Below, one piece after another: positions 38,985 through 47,954 of a stretch of 64,000 bases of DNA. Numbering within the stretch: position 1 is the first letter of the stretch; each line of letters opens with the position of its first letter. Made by a program: the position numbers and the translations under genes. This DNA is from a virus (lineage: Duplodnaviria > Caudoviricetes), in IMG/VR virus record IMGVR_UViG_3300021514_000002, positions 299,532 to 363,531 of that record; one strand, 5' to 3'. A model generated the notes under the pieces. That model saw only the letters and a list, made by a program, of their open reading frames with translations, did no database searches and was not told the origin of the DNA.

Positions 38985-41792
38985 ATGAGAATCAACTTCC
39001 GTCAAGGTGTGGCAAGTCATCAAGTAGGTGGCTTTTTACAGGTATCTGGCTCAGACGTAAATATTTTAGCAGCAGACCGTCCAGTTACTGTCACTCTCGC
39101 ACACAAAACTACTAATTATACGCATTCGGAAGATAGTTCTGTTACTTCTGCATGGGTTGGTCCATTCACGGAAACTAATTATTGGTTATATTGGGATTTT
39201 AACTCCCTTACATTTGTTAGAACCTTCGCACATACTATAATTGAACCGATTGCCCAATCAGTAGAACCAGGTAATGGCAATGCTGCTATAGTGGGTGTTA
39301 TTCCTGGTGATGCTGGAATTGGAGGATTTACTGTAGATGGATATTTTACGCGACCACAGTATAAACCTTTTGCTATTGTAGGTTCAACAGGAAACGATGG
39401 TAACTATACCGTAAAGAGTATCTCTTACAATCCTTCATTAGGTGAAACTACCATCTACGTATACGAAGAAGTAACCGATGACACAGTAGATGGTACTGCA
39501 ACATTAGATATTGATTCATATGGTGTAGCTCTCTATACTGAAGGTCGCCATTGGTTTAATACTACAACAAATGTACATTCTGTTTTACAAAGTGGTGTGT
39601 GGGTGCCTATTATACGTGTATTTGCAGCACAATTAATAAATGCGACAACACTAATTAGCGTAAGCAATGATAGTCACGTAGGAATCTTCACAGGTACCCA
39701 AATTGGCAATAATGAAAGTGCTGTCTCTGGTCGCGTTTTAATTGACGAATCGACTAATCCTATTCGTAAAGACGATGGTATATTTTTTACCACAGAAGAT
39801 CAATTTTTCTCCAATCAATCAAGAGTTGATGCCCTTCGTTTAGAATCTAATGTTACGAAAGCACAATGTTTAGTAGCTTCACTTTCAGCATTTAGTGTAG
39901 TAGCATGGACAGATGATGGTATAGTAGATGCAGCACAATATAGTGACGTAGGAAGTACTGTTATCGGATTGCTTGTAGAAAATTTAACCTACCTTGATGT
40001 AGGTGCTATTATCGTACAAGGAACAATTACCAATCCACTTTGGGATTGGATAACTGGTGCTACACCAACGCCAGTCGGTTCAGCGTTATGGGTTGATAAT
40101 GGTCTATTAGTTACCATAGATCCGCACAAAAGTGATCCTGTTACGTATCCAATAAAACACGTTCCTGTGGCTCGTGTTTTAGACAAAGATACTATCATAT
40201 TTGAACAGGGGCTTGGCGGCGTTGGCCCACAAGGACCAATTGGTAGCCTTTCCAATTTTCCAGTAGCAGACACGACAGATATTGGTGGTGTTACACTTCT
40301 TACCCCTTCTTCTGATCCATTGCGTGGTTTTGTTATTAGTGATACAGACTCAAGATTGACAAACGCACGGACACCATTATCACATACGCATAATGCGACA
40401 GATATTACTGTACAACCAGGCGGAGGTGTAGTATCAAACAACGTACAAAGTGCCATCGTTGAACTTGGAAGTGGTAAACTATCGTTAAGTGGTGGTATTA
40501 TGACAGGTGGTTTAACATTAAGTGGTGCACCAACAGCACAAGGCCATGCAACAACAAAATCATATGTAGATAATCTTGTTAATGGTCTTTTATGGTTAGA
40601 AGCCATTCATATAGTTAATTTGATTTCCGATACCGTTACGACACCACCCGTATCACCAATAAAAGGCGATGCTTATATTATACCAGCTGGTGCAACAGGT
40701 GCATGGGCTGGAATAACTGAAGGAAATCTCGTACATTGGATTGAAGGTTCACCTGAATGGATTGATTTAGGACCAATATCAGCAATTCATCAAACAGAAG
40801 AATCTGTTCGGCTTGGTATTGCAATGCGCTCAACAACAACACCAAGTGGTTCCTTTTTAGGAAAGAAAAATCAAATAGCAGAATTTGATGGCGATACTGG
40901 AGCGTTTATTGGTTTTGAAATTCCTATTGAAAATAATGCAGTTTACGTTGAATCACATGCGTCGGTGTTCTCATTTGATCAATATGCCTTTGATGGTACA
41001 AATTGGATCAGATTCGGTGGTTCTAACCAACCAATCGTTGGTGATGGTACAACTATTGATGTTATAGGTGGATTGATTGGTGTTATTCCTACAACGTCGG
41101 GTGGTCAAACTGACGCATTATATTTAAGCGGAAATGATTTAACCGCATTAGATTTACGATGGTCAGCTATTACTCATGCCCATACTGCTTCAGCAATCAT
41201 CAATGTTCCAGCAGGAACAATCTCAGCCACAAACGTACAAGCTGCAATTAACGAATTAGCTACAGAACATGGTGTTGGTATTACAGATAATGCTACTGGT
41301 TCTGTTTTAACATTAAGTGATACAACGTCAACGTTTAGTACGTCATTAATAGTTTCCAGTGGTTCACCTATATTAGCAGACTTGGGTCCTGGTACAATCA
41401 GCGCAGAAGGAATTTATGTAAATGGTGTTGTTGAAGCTATAGTGTTTACTGAAACCCAATTATCAGCCTCACCAACAACATCTTATGTAGCAGATTTTGC
41501 AGCAGGCGCAGTGTTCGAACTTACGATGGGTGGCGACACAACAATAACATTTACGAACGTACCAACAACAACTAAAACGTTAACTGCTACCTTCATACTT
41601 AAACAAGATGCAATCGCAAGCCCGCTTACGGGTGGTAATCGTGTACCAAGTTTCCCTGCATCTGTAAAATGGGATAACGGCACTCTTCCAACATGGGGTA
41701 CTGCTGCAGGTGATGAAGATATTGTTACTATGTTTACGTACGATGGTGGCACGACTTGGCGCGCAAACTTAGCAGGACAAAATTATGCTTAA
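38985..41792 (+). CDS. Tail fibre protein
   Basis: 935 aa; ASNVQSAIVEL / ATNVQAAINEL repeats, GGIMTGGLTLSGAPT...ATTKSYVD motif, C-terminal VKW..GT.P...D.....T.DGGTTW domain. Confidence 0.8.
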   Translation: MRINFRQGVASHQVGGFLQVSGSDVNILAADRPVTVTLAHKTTNYTHSEDSSVTSAWVGPFTETNYWLYWDFNSLTFVRTFAHTIIEPIAQSVEPGNGNAAIVGVIPGDAGIGGFTVDGYFTRPQYKPFAIVGSTGNDGNYTVKSISYNPSLGETTIYVYEEVTDDTVDGTATLDIDSYGVALYTEGRHWFNTTTNVHSVLQSGVWVPIIRVFAAQLINATTLISVSNDSHVGIFTGTQIGNNESAVSGRVLIDESTNPIRKDDGIFFTTEDQFFSNQSRVDALRLESNVTKAQCLVASLSAFSVVAWTDDGIVDAAQYSDVGSTVIGLLVENLTYLDVGAIIVQGTITNPLWDWITGATPTPVGSALWVDNGLLVTIDPHKSDPVTYPIKHVPVARVLDKDTIIFEQGLGGVGPQGPIGSLSNFPVADTTDIGGVTLLTPSSDPLRGFVISDTDSRLTNARTPLSHTHNATDITVQPGGGVVSNNVQSAIVELGSGKLSLSGGIMTGGLTLSGAPTAQGHATTKSYVDNLVNGLLWLEAIHIVNLISDTVTTPPVSPIKGDAYIIPAGATGAWAGITEGNLVHWIEGSPEWIDLGPISAIHQTEESVRLGIAMRSTTTPSGSFLGKKNQIAEFDGDTGAFIGFEIPIENNAVYVESHASVFSFDQYAFDGTNWIRFGGSNQPIVGDGTTIDVIGGLIGVIPTTSGGQTDALYLSGNDLTALDLRWSAITHAHTASAIINVPAGTISATNVQAAINELATEHGVGITDNATGSVLTLSDTTSTFSTSLIVSSGSPILADLGPGTISAEGIYVNGVVEAIVFTETQLSASPTTSYVADFAAGAVFELTMGGDTTITFTNVPTTTKTLTATFILKQDAIASPLTGGNRVPSFPASVKWDNGTLPTWGTAAGDEDIVTMFTYDGGTTWRANLAGQNYA

Positions 41793-42918
41793 TATTTTAC
41801 GGTTTGTAGCAGGACATAGAAGAATACAGGGTGCTGAAGTATACGGATTGTGGTTATGGGGGTTAAATAATTATGGTCAACTTGGCGATGAAACAATAGT
41901 TGATAAAACAACTCCGGTAGAAACAGTCGCAGGCGGAACAGATTGGTCTCAGATTGCTTGTGGATATTACCACTCTGGAGCTACTAAGGACGATGGAACG
42001 TTATGGGTGTGGGGTCGAGATACACATGGCCAACTTGGTGATAATACTGTCGTATCTAAATCATCACCGATTCAAACTGTAGCAGGTGGAACAGATTGGA
42101 GTTCTATTTCATGTGGCCAGTTCCATACGGGAGCAATCAAGTCCGATGGTACATTGTGGATGTGGGGAGATAATAATGCTGGGATACTTGGTGTGTCGGG
42201 TGATGATAGATCATCACCGATTCAAACTGTAGCAGGTGGAACAGATTGGGTACAAGTATCTGCAGGAACAGGGCATACTGCCGCAATTAAAACTGATGGA
42301 ACATTGTGGTCATGGGGACAAAACGGAAAAGGTCAGCTTGGTACAGGTACAACTGGACCTGGTAGTTCATCCCCAGTTCAAACAATATCAGGTGGAACAG
42401 ATTGGGTACATGTATCTTGTGGATCATTTACCACAGGGGCAATCAAAACTGATGGTACATTGTGGTTATGGGGCGATGCCTCCGACGGACAATTAGGTGA
42501 CAACTCAACAGCATCTAAGTCATCCCCAGTTCAAACTGTAGCAGGTGGAACTAATTGGTCTCAAATTGTTTGCGGATATTACCACACACTCGCAATTAAA
42601 ACTGATGGAACATTGTGGTCATGGGGAGCAGATTGGTATGGCGCACTTGGTGACAACTCAACAGTATCTAAGTCATCCCCAGTCCAAACAATATCAGGTG
42701 GAACAGATTGGGCAAAGGCTGCGTGTGGATATTCTATTACCGCAGCAATTAAAACCGATGGAACATTATGGACATGGGGAGCAGATTGGTACGGACAATT
42801 AGGCGATGGTGGCGAAATGGTACATAAATCATCCCCAGTTCAAACTGTAGCAGGTGGAACTAATTGGTTAGAAGTCGCAGCTGGTGGACAACGGGTTAAG
42901 GCAATTGCTGGTATATAG
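41785..42918 (+). CDS. RCC1-repeat (7-blade) beta-propeller, probable fibre-tip adhesin
   Basis: Seven ~52-aa repeats of DGTLW.WG....GQLGD.....SSP.QT..GGT.W....CG..H...IK; start overlaps the fibre stop. Confidence 0.85.
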   Translation: MLNILRFVAGHRRIQGAEVYGLWLWGLNNYGQLGDETIVDKTTPVETVAGGTDWSQIACGYYHSGATKDDGTLWVWGRDTHGQLGDNTVVSKSSPIQTVAGGTDWSSISCGQFHTGAIKSDGTLWMWGDNNAGILGVSGDDRSSPIQTVAGGTDWVQVSAGTGHTAAIKTDGTLWSWGQNGKGQLGTGTTGPGSSSPVQTISGGTDWVHVSCGSFTTGAIKTDGTLWLWGDASDGQLGDNSTASKSSPVQTVAGGTNWSQIVCGYYHTLAIKTDGTLWSWGADWYGALGDNSTVSKSSPVQTISGGTDWAKAACGYSITAAIKTDGTLWTWGADWYGQLGDGGEMVHKSSPVQTVAGGTNWLEVAAGGQRVKAIAGI

Positions 42919-43082
42919 ATGGAAATATTTAATGGCATATTGTGGACTGGAATAACGTAGGTACATTAGGCGGCGAAACAACAATTAATAAATCTGCGCC
43001 TGTTCACACAGTAGCTGATGGAACAAATAGGACACAAATCAAATGCGGTCAATATTCCCATATGTCCACTATTAAATCATAG
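42919..43082 (+). pseudogene. Frameshifted relic RCC1 repeat
   Basis: NGILWT, then after a -1 shift GTLGGETTINKSAPVHTVADGTNRTQIKCGQYSHMSTIKS*. Confidence 0.65.
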
Positions 43083-43159
43083 ATTTGTTGATATATTAAC
43101 AAACCATTTCATATTTTACGATAATAAATACTCTCATACTATAAACATATGAGGATATT

Positions 43160-43933
43160 ATGAAACAATATTATTTTATTTCAGGCTTACCACGTTCTGG
43201 TACCACTCTTCTTTCAACAATACTAAACCAAAACCCAAAATTCCAAGCATCTATATCTGGACCGCTTGCAAGATTTTCACGTGCGATTATTGATCAATCA
43301 TCTGCTATGTCAGGTTATCGCCACCAATGCCCCGCAGAAAAACGGGAAAATATAATCAAAGGAATATTTGATAATTACTATGATGACCCTAAAAAGGAAG
43401 TATTCTTTGATACAAACAGAGGATGGGGGTTACTTCTTCCATTATTAAAACAATTATATCCTTATACGAAAATTATAATGTGCGTACGAGATATTAATTG
43501 GGTACTTGATTCGTTTGAAAACTTATACAGAAAAAATCCACTTGATAAAAATTTAATGATACCAGACGAGTATGCGACATCTGTTTATTCCCGTTGCGAT
43601 TATTTAATGGGCGAGGATAAGACTATTGGGTTTGCTTACCTTGCGTTAAAACAAGCGATTACTTCTAAAGAGAAGAATATGATCATGCTTGTTGAATATG
43701 AGCAGCTTTGTAAAAATCCAGAAGGAATGATGTCAGCAATTTACAATTTTATTGATCAACCACAATATGAGCACGATTTCAACAACGTGGAATCATCTTA
43801 TGATGAGTTTGATGCCGATGTTAATGTTAAAGGATTGCATACTACAAGAAAGAAAGTAGAATGGATTGAACGAGAAATGATCTTACCACCTGATATCCAG
43901 AACAAGTTTGCGAATATGGAAGTATGGCGGTAA
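43160..43933 (+). CDS. Sulfotransferase-family protein
   Basis: FISGLPRSGTTLL (PAPS-binding loop), CVRD...LDSF, VEYEQLCKNP. Confidence 0.85.
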   Translation: MKQYYFISGLPRSGTTLLSTILNQNPKFQASISGPLARFSRAIIDQSSAMSGYRHQCPAEKRENIIKGIFDNYYDDPKKEVFFDTNRGWGLLLPLLKQLYPYTKIIMCVRDINWVLDSFENLYRKNPLDKNLMIPDEYATSVYSRCDYLMGEDKTIGFAYLALKQAITSKEKNMIMLVEYEQLCKNPEGMMSAIYNFIDQPQYEHDFNNVESSYDEFDADVNVKGLHTTRKKVEWIEREMILPPDIQNKFANMEVWR

Positions 43934-44292
43934 CATTTAAACCCTGTGGTGAATGTACGGCTTGTTGTACAGGAATATTAGCTGGCAATATATATGGCAA
44001 TATTTTTAATAAAAATAAACAATGCGTATTTTTAGTTGAACAGGAATGTGCAATATACGAAACAAGGCCAGATACTTGTAGAAACTATCAATGTGCTTGG
44101 TCACAGGGATTATTCCCAGACTGGATGAAGCCAACAGAATGCAATGTAATCATATCTGTTGAAAATAAAAATAAAAAACAATACTTAAAAGCTGTATCTC
44201 TAACAAACGAAAAAATTAGTACAGAAATTACAACATTCTTAGATGAATGGACAAAAGAAAATAATACATATTATACGGTGGTAGAAAAATGA
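43924..44292 (+). CDS. CxxCxxCC (YkgJ-like) protein
   Basis: CGECTACC...CVFL...CAIYETRP.TC..YQCAW. Confidence 0.8.
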   Translation: MAVTFKPCGECTACCTGILAGNIYGNIFNKNKQCVFLVEQECAIYETRPDTCRNYQCAWSQGLFPDWMKPTECNVIISVENKNKKQYLKAVSLTNEKISTEITTFLDEWTKENNTYYTVVEK

Positions 44293-44315
44293 AAATTAAT
44301 ATTGGTGGCGGTTAA
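44289..44315 (+). pseudogene. 8-codon relic of the methyltransferase N-terminus (MKINIGGG*)
   Basis: Matches KLNIGSG of ORF 45019; overlaps the upstream stop (ATGA) and downstream start (TAATG). Confidence 0.6.
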
Positions 44316-45022
44316 TGATTGCTTCATATGTATATAAGATTATTAATAATCACACAGGCGAATTTTATATTGGATCAAGGTACCAAAACGTAAAATTTAA
44401 CAGATCTCCTGAAGAGGATCTTCTTGTACATTATTGTACATCTGGTAAATTATCTAAAAATATAAAAGAAAACGTGTCTGATTATATTGGACTTGTATTA
44501 TTTAACATGAATGACAATGATGTAGTGTTTTGGTATGAACAACTTTTAATTAAAGAGAATATTAAAAATCCTCTTTGTAAAAACGAAAATTACATAGATC
44601 CAGATAAAAATATCAAAGTGTTTTCATCGACAGGAGTAAAAAGATCTGAAAGCACAAAACAAAAAATGAGAAAACCCAAATCCGAAGCGCATAAAAGAAA
44701 TATGTCTGCTGCTAGGACAGGAACTACTAGAACCCAAGAAACAAAAGATAAATTATCTAAATTCCATATGGGGTTAAAAGCTAGTGCTGAAACAAGAAAG
44801 AAAATGTCCGATACACGAAAAGGTATACCACAACACCCCAATACAAGAATAGCTCTAGCAAAAGTTCACAACGGGCGAAAAAATACAGAATCATCTAAAG
44901 AACGAATGTCGTTGGCAGCAAAAAATAAACCAAAAGTAATGTGTCCATACTGCGTGAAAATGGGAAATATTAGTATAATGAAGAGATGGCATTTTGATAA
45001 TTGTAAGAGGAAAAATAAATGA
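44315..45022 (+). mobile_element. GIY-YIG homing endonuclease with NUMOD3 repeats
   Basis: SYVYKIIN..TGEFYIGSR; repeated SE.TK.KMS basic motifs. Confidence 0.85.
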
Positions 45023-45570
45023 GTAAATTAAAATTAAACATTGGGTCTGGGTATAAACGATATGAAGGGTTTTTAAATGTAGATTTTGATACAATGACAA
45101 ACCCCGATTATGTGGTTGAATTGGGAGTTGACAAATTTCCTTTTGAAGATTCAACCGTTAGCGAGGTTCGTGCCTATCATATTTTAGAACACATCGGGGA
45201 ACCATTTTTTGCATTGATGCAAGAGTTATATCGTATATGTGATAATGGAGCAATTCTTGATATTCAAGTTCCTCATCATCGTCATGAAATATTCTTTGGC
45301 GATGCTTCTCATATTAGACCAATTACTGTTGAAATGATGAGACAGTTCAGCAAGAAGTATAATGAGTATCACATTGAGCAGTTCAATTCAAGTTCTGGAT
45401 TTGGGTTGCGATTAGAGGTTGATTTTGAAATTATTGAATTTAATTTTATACCAGATGATATTTGGAAAAAGAGATTTGAAACTATGTCACAAGAAGAGAT
45501 TCAAGAAGTATCAATGAATTTTAATAATGTATATGGTGAAACCCATATTAAATTAGCAGCTATTAAATGA
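45019..45570 (+). CDS. Class I SAM-dependent methyltransferase
   Basis: LNIGSG...GFLNVD, FPFEDSTV.EV...HILEH, LYRI...GA.L.I.VP. Confidence 0.85.
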   Translation: MSKLKLNIGSGYKRYEGFLNVDFDTMTNPDYVVELGVDKFPFEDSTVSEVRAYHILEHIGEPFFALMQELYRICDNGAILDIQVPHHRHEIFFGDASHIRPITVEMMRQFSKKYNEYHIEQFNSSSGFGLRLEVDFEIIEFNFIPDDIWKKRFETMSQEEIQEVSMNFNNVYGETHIKLAAIK

Positions 45571-46910
45571 ATAGTGCATTAGAACATATAACCAAATTTC
45601 TTCATGGGCATGAAGAAGATGACCAAGTAGTTAGTTTACTACATACGTTTGCTAAGTATGCTTGGCAATTTGAAGAGTATGATGATATTGCAAAATGCTT
45701 TTTTAAGATTAAAGATTATAAAGAAGCGATGAAGTTTGGTGAACTAACTTTAACTACTGCATATACGAACGAGAAAATGTGGACATCAAGAACAAATTTA
45801 ATTAATATATTCAACCATGCTAATTATCCAGAAAAGGCAATGGATTTAATTAAAATTCAGGAACGACTCATTCCTGATGACCAAGATACAAGACTTGAAA
45901 AAGCATTTTCTTATTTCTTAATGAATGATAGGGATAGTGCAGAAGCTATTTTATTAAAAGAATTAGAACGCGATGATTTAAAAGAAGAGACAAAAACTAA
46001 ACTTGAATTCAATCTTGGGACATATAATTTATGGCGGGATGAATTTCAAAAAGGATTAAGACGGTTCTTACTTGAAGGCGAGAAGTTAGATTACTGGCGC
46101 AAAACAAAATTACCATTCAAGTTTTGGGATGGTGGAATAATGCCAGGTAGGAATATTATTCTTTATGCGGAAGCAGGTATCGGCGATGAGATAATTAATG
46201 TTCGTTTTATGAAACATTTTGAAGATGTTGGTATGAAGCCCATCTGGTTTTCGGATAGGAAAGACTTGGTTGAAATTTTCAATGCGTGTGGATTTAATGC
46301 AACTTCTGATAAGAGTAAAATTATGGGATTGGAAAATCCTGTCTGGACATATCCAATGTCTGTACCAATCTATCTTGGATTAGAATATAAAGATTTGTGG
46401 AATGGACAATATATTAAATCATTACCAGAATATGATGAAAAGTGGGATTGGTTGAAAAGCGACAAGTTAAAGATCGGCATCAGATGGGAAGGAAACCCAG
46501 ATTATGATCAAGACTTACACAGGTCAGTTCCACTTGATGGAATAATGAATGCACTTGATGGTGTAGATGCAGAATTTATTTCTTTACAACGCGATACAGG
46601 ATTAGAACAATTAGAACAATTCCCTGACATTCTTAATCTTTCGGAACGGTTGGAAACATTCAAAGATACATTATCCGTAATACATAATCTTGATGTTGTG
46701 ATAACATCTTGTACATCTATCGTTCATGCTGCCGCCGCTATGGGCAAAAAGACAATTTTATTAACACCAATATCAGCGTATTATACTTGGTCACATTCAA
46801 CGGAATTTAGTCCTTGGTATAATGATAATGTAACAATATTAAGACAACAAAGTCCAAGAGTATGGGATGAGCCATTGGAACAATTAAAACAACTTAGTGT
46901 GGATTTATAA
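45567..46910 (+). CDS. TPR-containing GT-B glycosyltransferase
   Basis: N-terminal helical repeats; AEAGIGDEI..VRF, IGIRWEGNP, FISLQ, LDVVITSCTSIVHAAAAMGK. Confidence 0.8.
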   Translation: MNSALEHITKFLHGHEEDDQVVSLLHTFAKYAWQFEEYDDIAKCFFKIKDYKEAMKFGELTLTTAYTNEKMWTSRTNLINIFNHANYPEKAMDLIKIQERLIPDDQDTRLEKAFSYFLMNDRDSAEAILLKELERDDLKEETKTKLEFNLGTYNLWRDEFQKGLRRFLLEGEKLDYWRKTKLPFKFWDGGIMPGRNIILYAEAGIGDEIINVRFMKHFEDVGMKPIWFSDRKDLVEIFNACGFNATSDKSKIMGLENPVWTYPMSVPIYLGLEYKDLWNGQYIKSLPEYDEKWDWLKSDKLKIGIRWEGNPDYDQDLHRSVPLDGIMNALDGVDAEFISLQRDTGLEQLEQFPDILNLSERLETFKDTLSVIHNLDVVITSCTSIVHAAAAMGKKTILLTPISAYYTWSHSTEFSPWYNDNVTILRQQSPRVWDEPLEQLKQLSVDL

Positions 46911-46951
46911 CCTATTTTAATAGCAACTTAATATTTAATCGTAATAAATAA

Positions 46952-46980
46952 TTGACAAGGGGTTTACAATAGTGTAAGCT
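46952..46980 (+). promoter_or_regulatory. sigma70-type promoter of gene 32
   Basis: TTGACA-N17-TAAGCT. Confidence 0.7.
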
Positions 46981-46984
46981 TCTT

Positions 46985-47017
46985 TCCATTGATGGGCAAT
47001 GGATAAAAATAACCCAT
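46985..47017 (+). promoter_or_regulatory. Candidate H-type pseudoknot in the gp32 leader
   Basis: Stem 1 is TCCATTG/CAATGGA; loop ATGGG is complementary to CCCAT at 47013-47017. Confidence 0.55.
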
Positions 47018-47079
47018 TTATATAACCATTAGAAGCGAAAGCATAATAATAATAATAAGAAATGAAGGAGATGCGAATA

Positions 47080-47949
47080 ATGGCATTATCATTAGAGCAG
47101 CTAACGGCTGCATTCAAAAAACAAGATACAACAGAAAGTCGACCAAACAACTATTACCGTTTTTGGGATATGAAAACGGACGAACGCGCAGTTGTAAGAT
47201 TCCTACCAGATACAAACAAAGACAACCCACTTGGTTTTATGGTTGAAAAACTAATGCACACATTGGAAATCAATGGTGAAACCAAATCAATACCTTGCTT
47301 AAAAATGTTCGGCGAAGAATGTCCGATTTGTAAAGTTTCGTCTGCGTATTACAAAGATGAAGGTAAAGGTAGTGTTAACGGTAAGAAGTACTGGAGAAAT
47401 AAGCAACATATTGTTCAGGTACTTATCGTAGAAGATCCACTTGCACCCGATCCAGAAACTGGTGAAAATAATGAAGGTAAAGTTAAGTTTCTTAACATGG
47501 GCTACCAATTATATAGCGTAATCAAAGAAGCATTTGAAAGTGGCGAATTAGATAACATTCCATACCTTTATGAAGGTGGTTGTGATTTCATTATCAAGAA
47601 ATCTGATCTTGGTGGTCGCGCAAAATATGACGTTGGTTCTAAATTTGCACGTCGTAGTTCCGATCTTACGGAAGATGAAGTAGCAGCAGCAGAAGATGAA
47701 ATGGTAGATTTATCTACACTTCTTCCTGCAAGTCCAGGTTTAGAAAAAGTAGAATCTATGCTTGAAGCGGCATTAACAGGTGCTTCATATGAAGACGATT
47801 CTGCTGGTGAATCTACACCTGCAACACCTGCTGCTGAGTCAAAGGCCACCCCTGTACCTGAGTCAAAAGCAGCTTCTGCTGAATATGATGAAGATTCGGA
47901 TGATATTCTTGCAATAATCCGCAATCGTAAAAATAAAGCCGCTGAATAA
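47080..47949 (+). CDS. gp32: Single-stranded DNA-binding protein
   Basis: AVVRFLPD, CLKMFGEECPIC, KKYWR, FIIK, YD.GSKF, acidic C-terminal tail; GGAG SD before 47080. Confidence 0.85.
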   Translation: MALSLEQLTAAFKKQDTTESRPNNYYRFWDMKTDERAVVRFLPDTNKDNPLGFMVEKLMHTLEINGETKSIPCLKMFGEECPICKVSSAYYKDEGKGSVNGKKYWRNKQHIVQVLIVEDPLAPDPETGENNEGKVKFLNMGYQLYSVIKEAFESGELDNIPYLYEGGCDFIIKKSDLGGRAKYDVGSKFARRSSDLTEDEVAAAEDEMVDLSTLLPASPGLEKVESMLEAALTGASYEDDSAGESTPATPAAESKATPVPESKAASAEYDEDSDDILAIIRNRKNKAAE

Positions 47950-47954
47950 GACTG

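Noticed and set aside
41785-43082. Diversity-generating retroelement using the RCC1 relic as template
   Set aside because: No reverse transcriptase in the window, and differences from the repeats are not restricted to adenines.
44312-45051. Group I intron in the methyltransferase (exon ends GGT|TAA as in T4 td; in-frame rejoin after a G)
   Set aside because: The interval is fully occupied by the endonuclease ORF and a duplicated start, leaving no room for a catalytic core; the P1 pairing is weak; the downstream gene has its own start.
44310-45051. Gene-60-type translational bypass
   Set aside because: The gap is about 740 nt and the take-off and landing codons do not match (GGT vs GGG).
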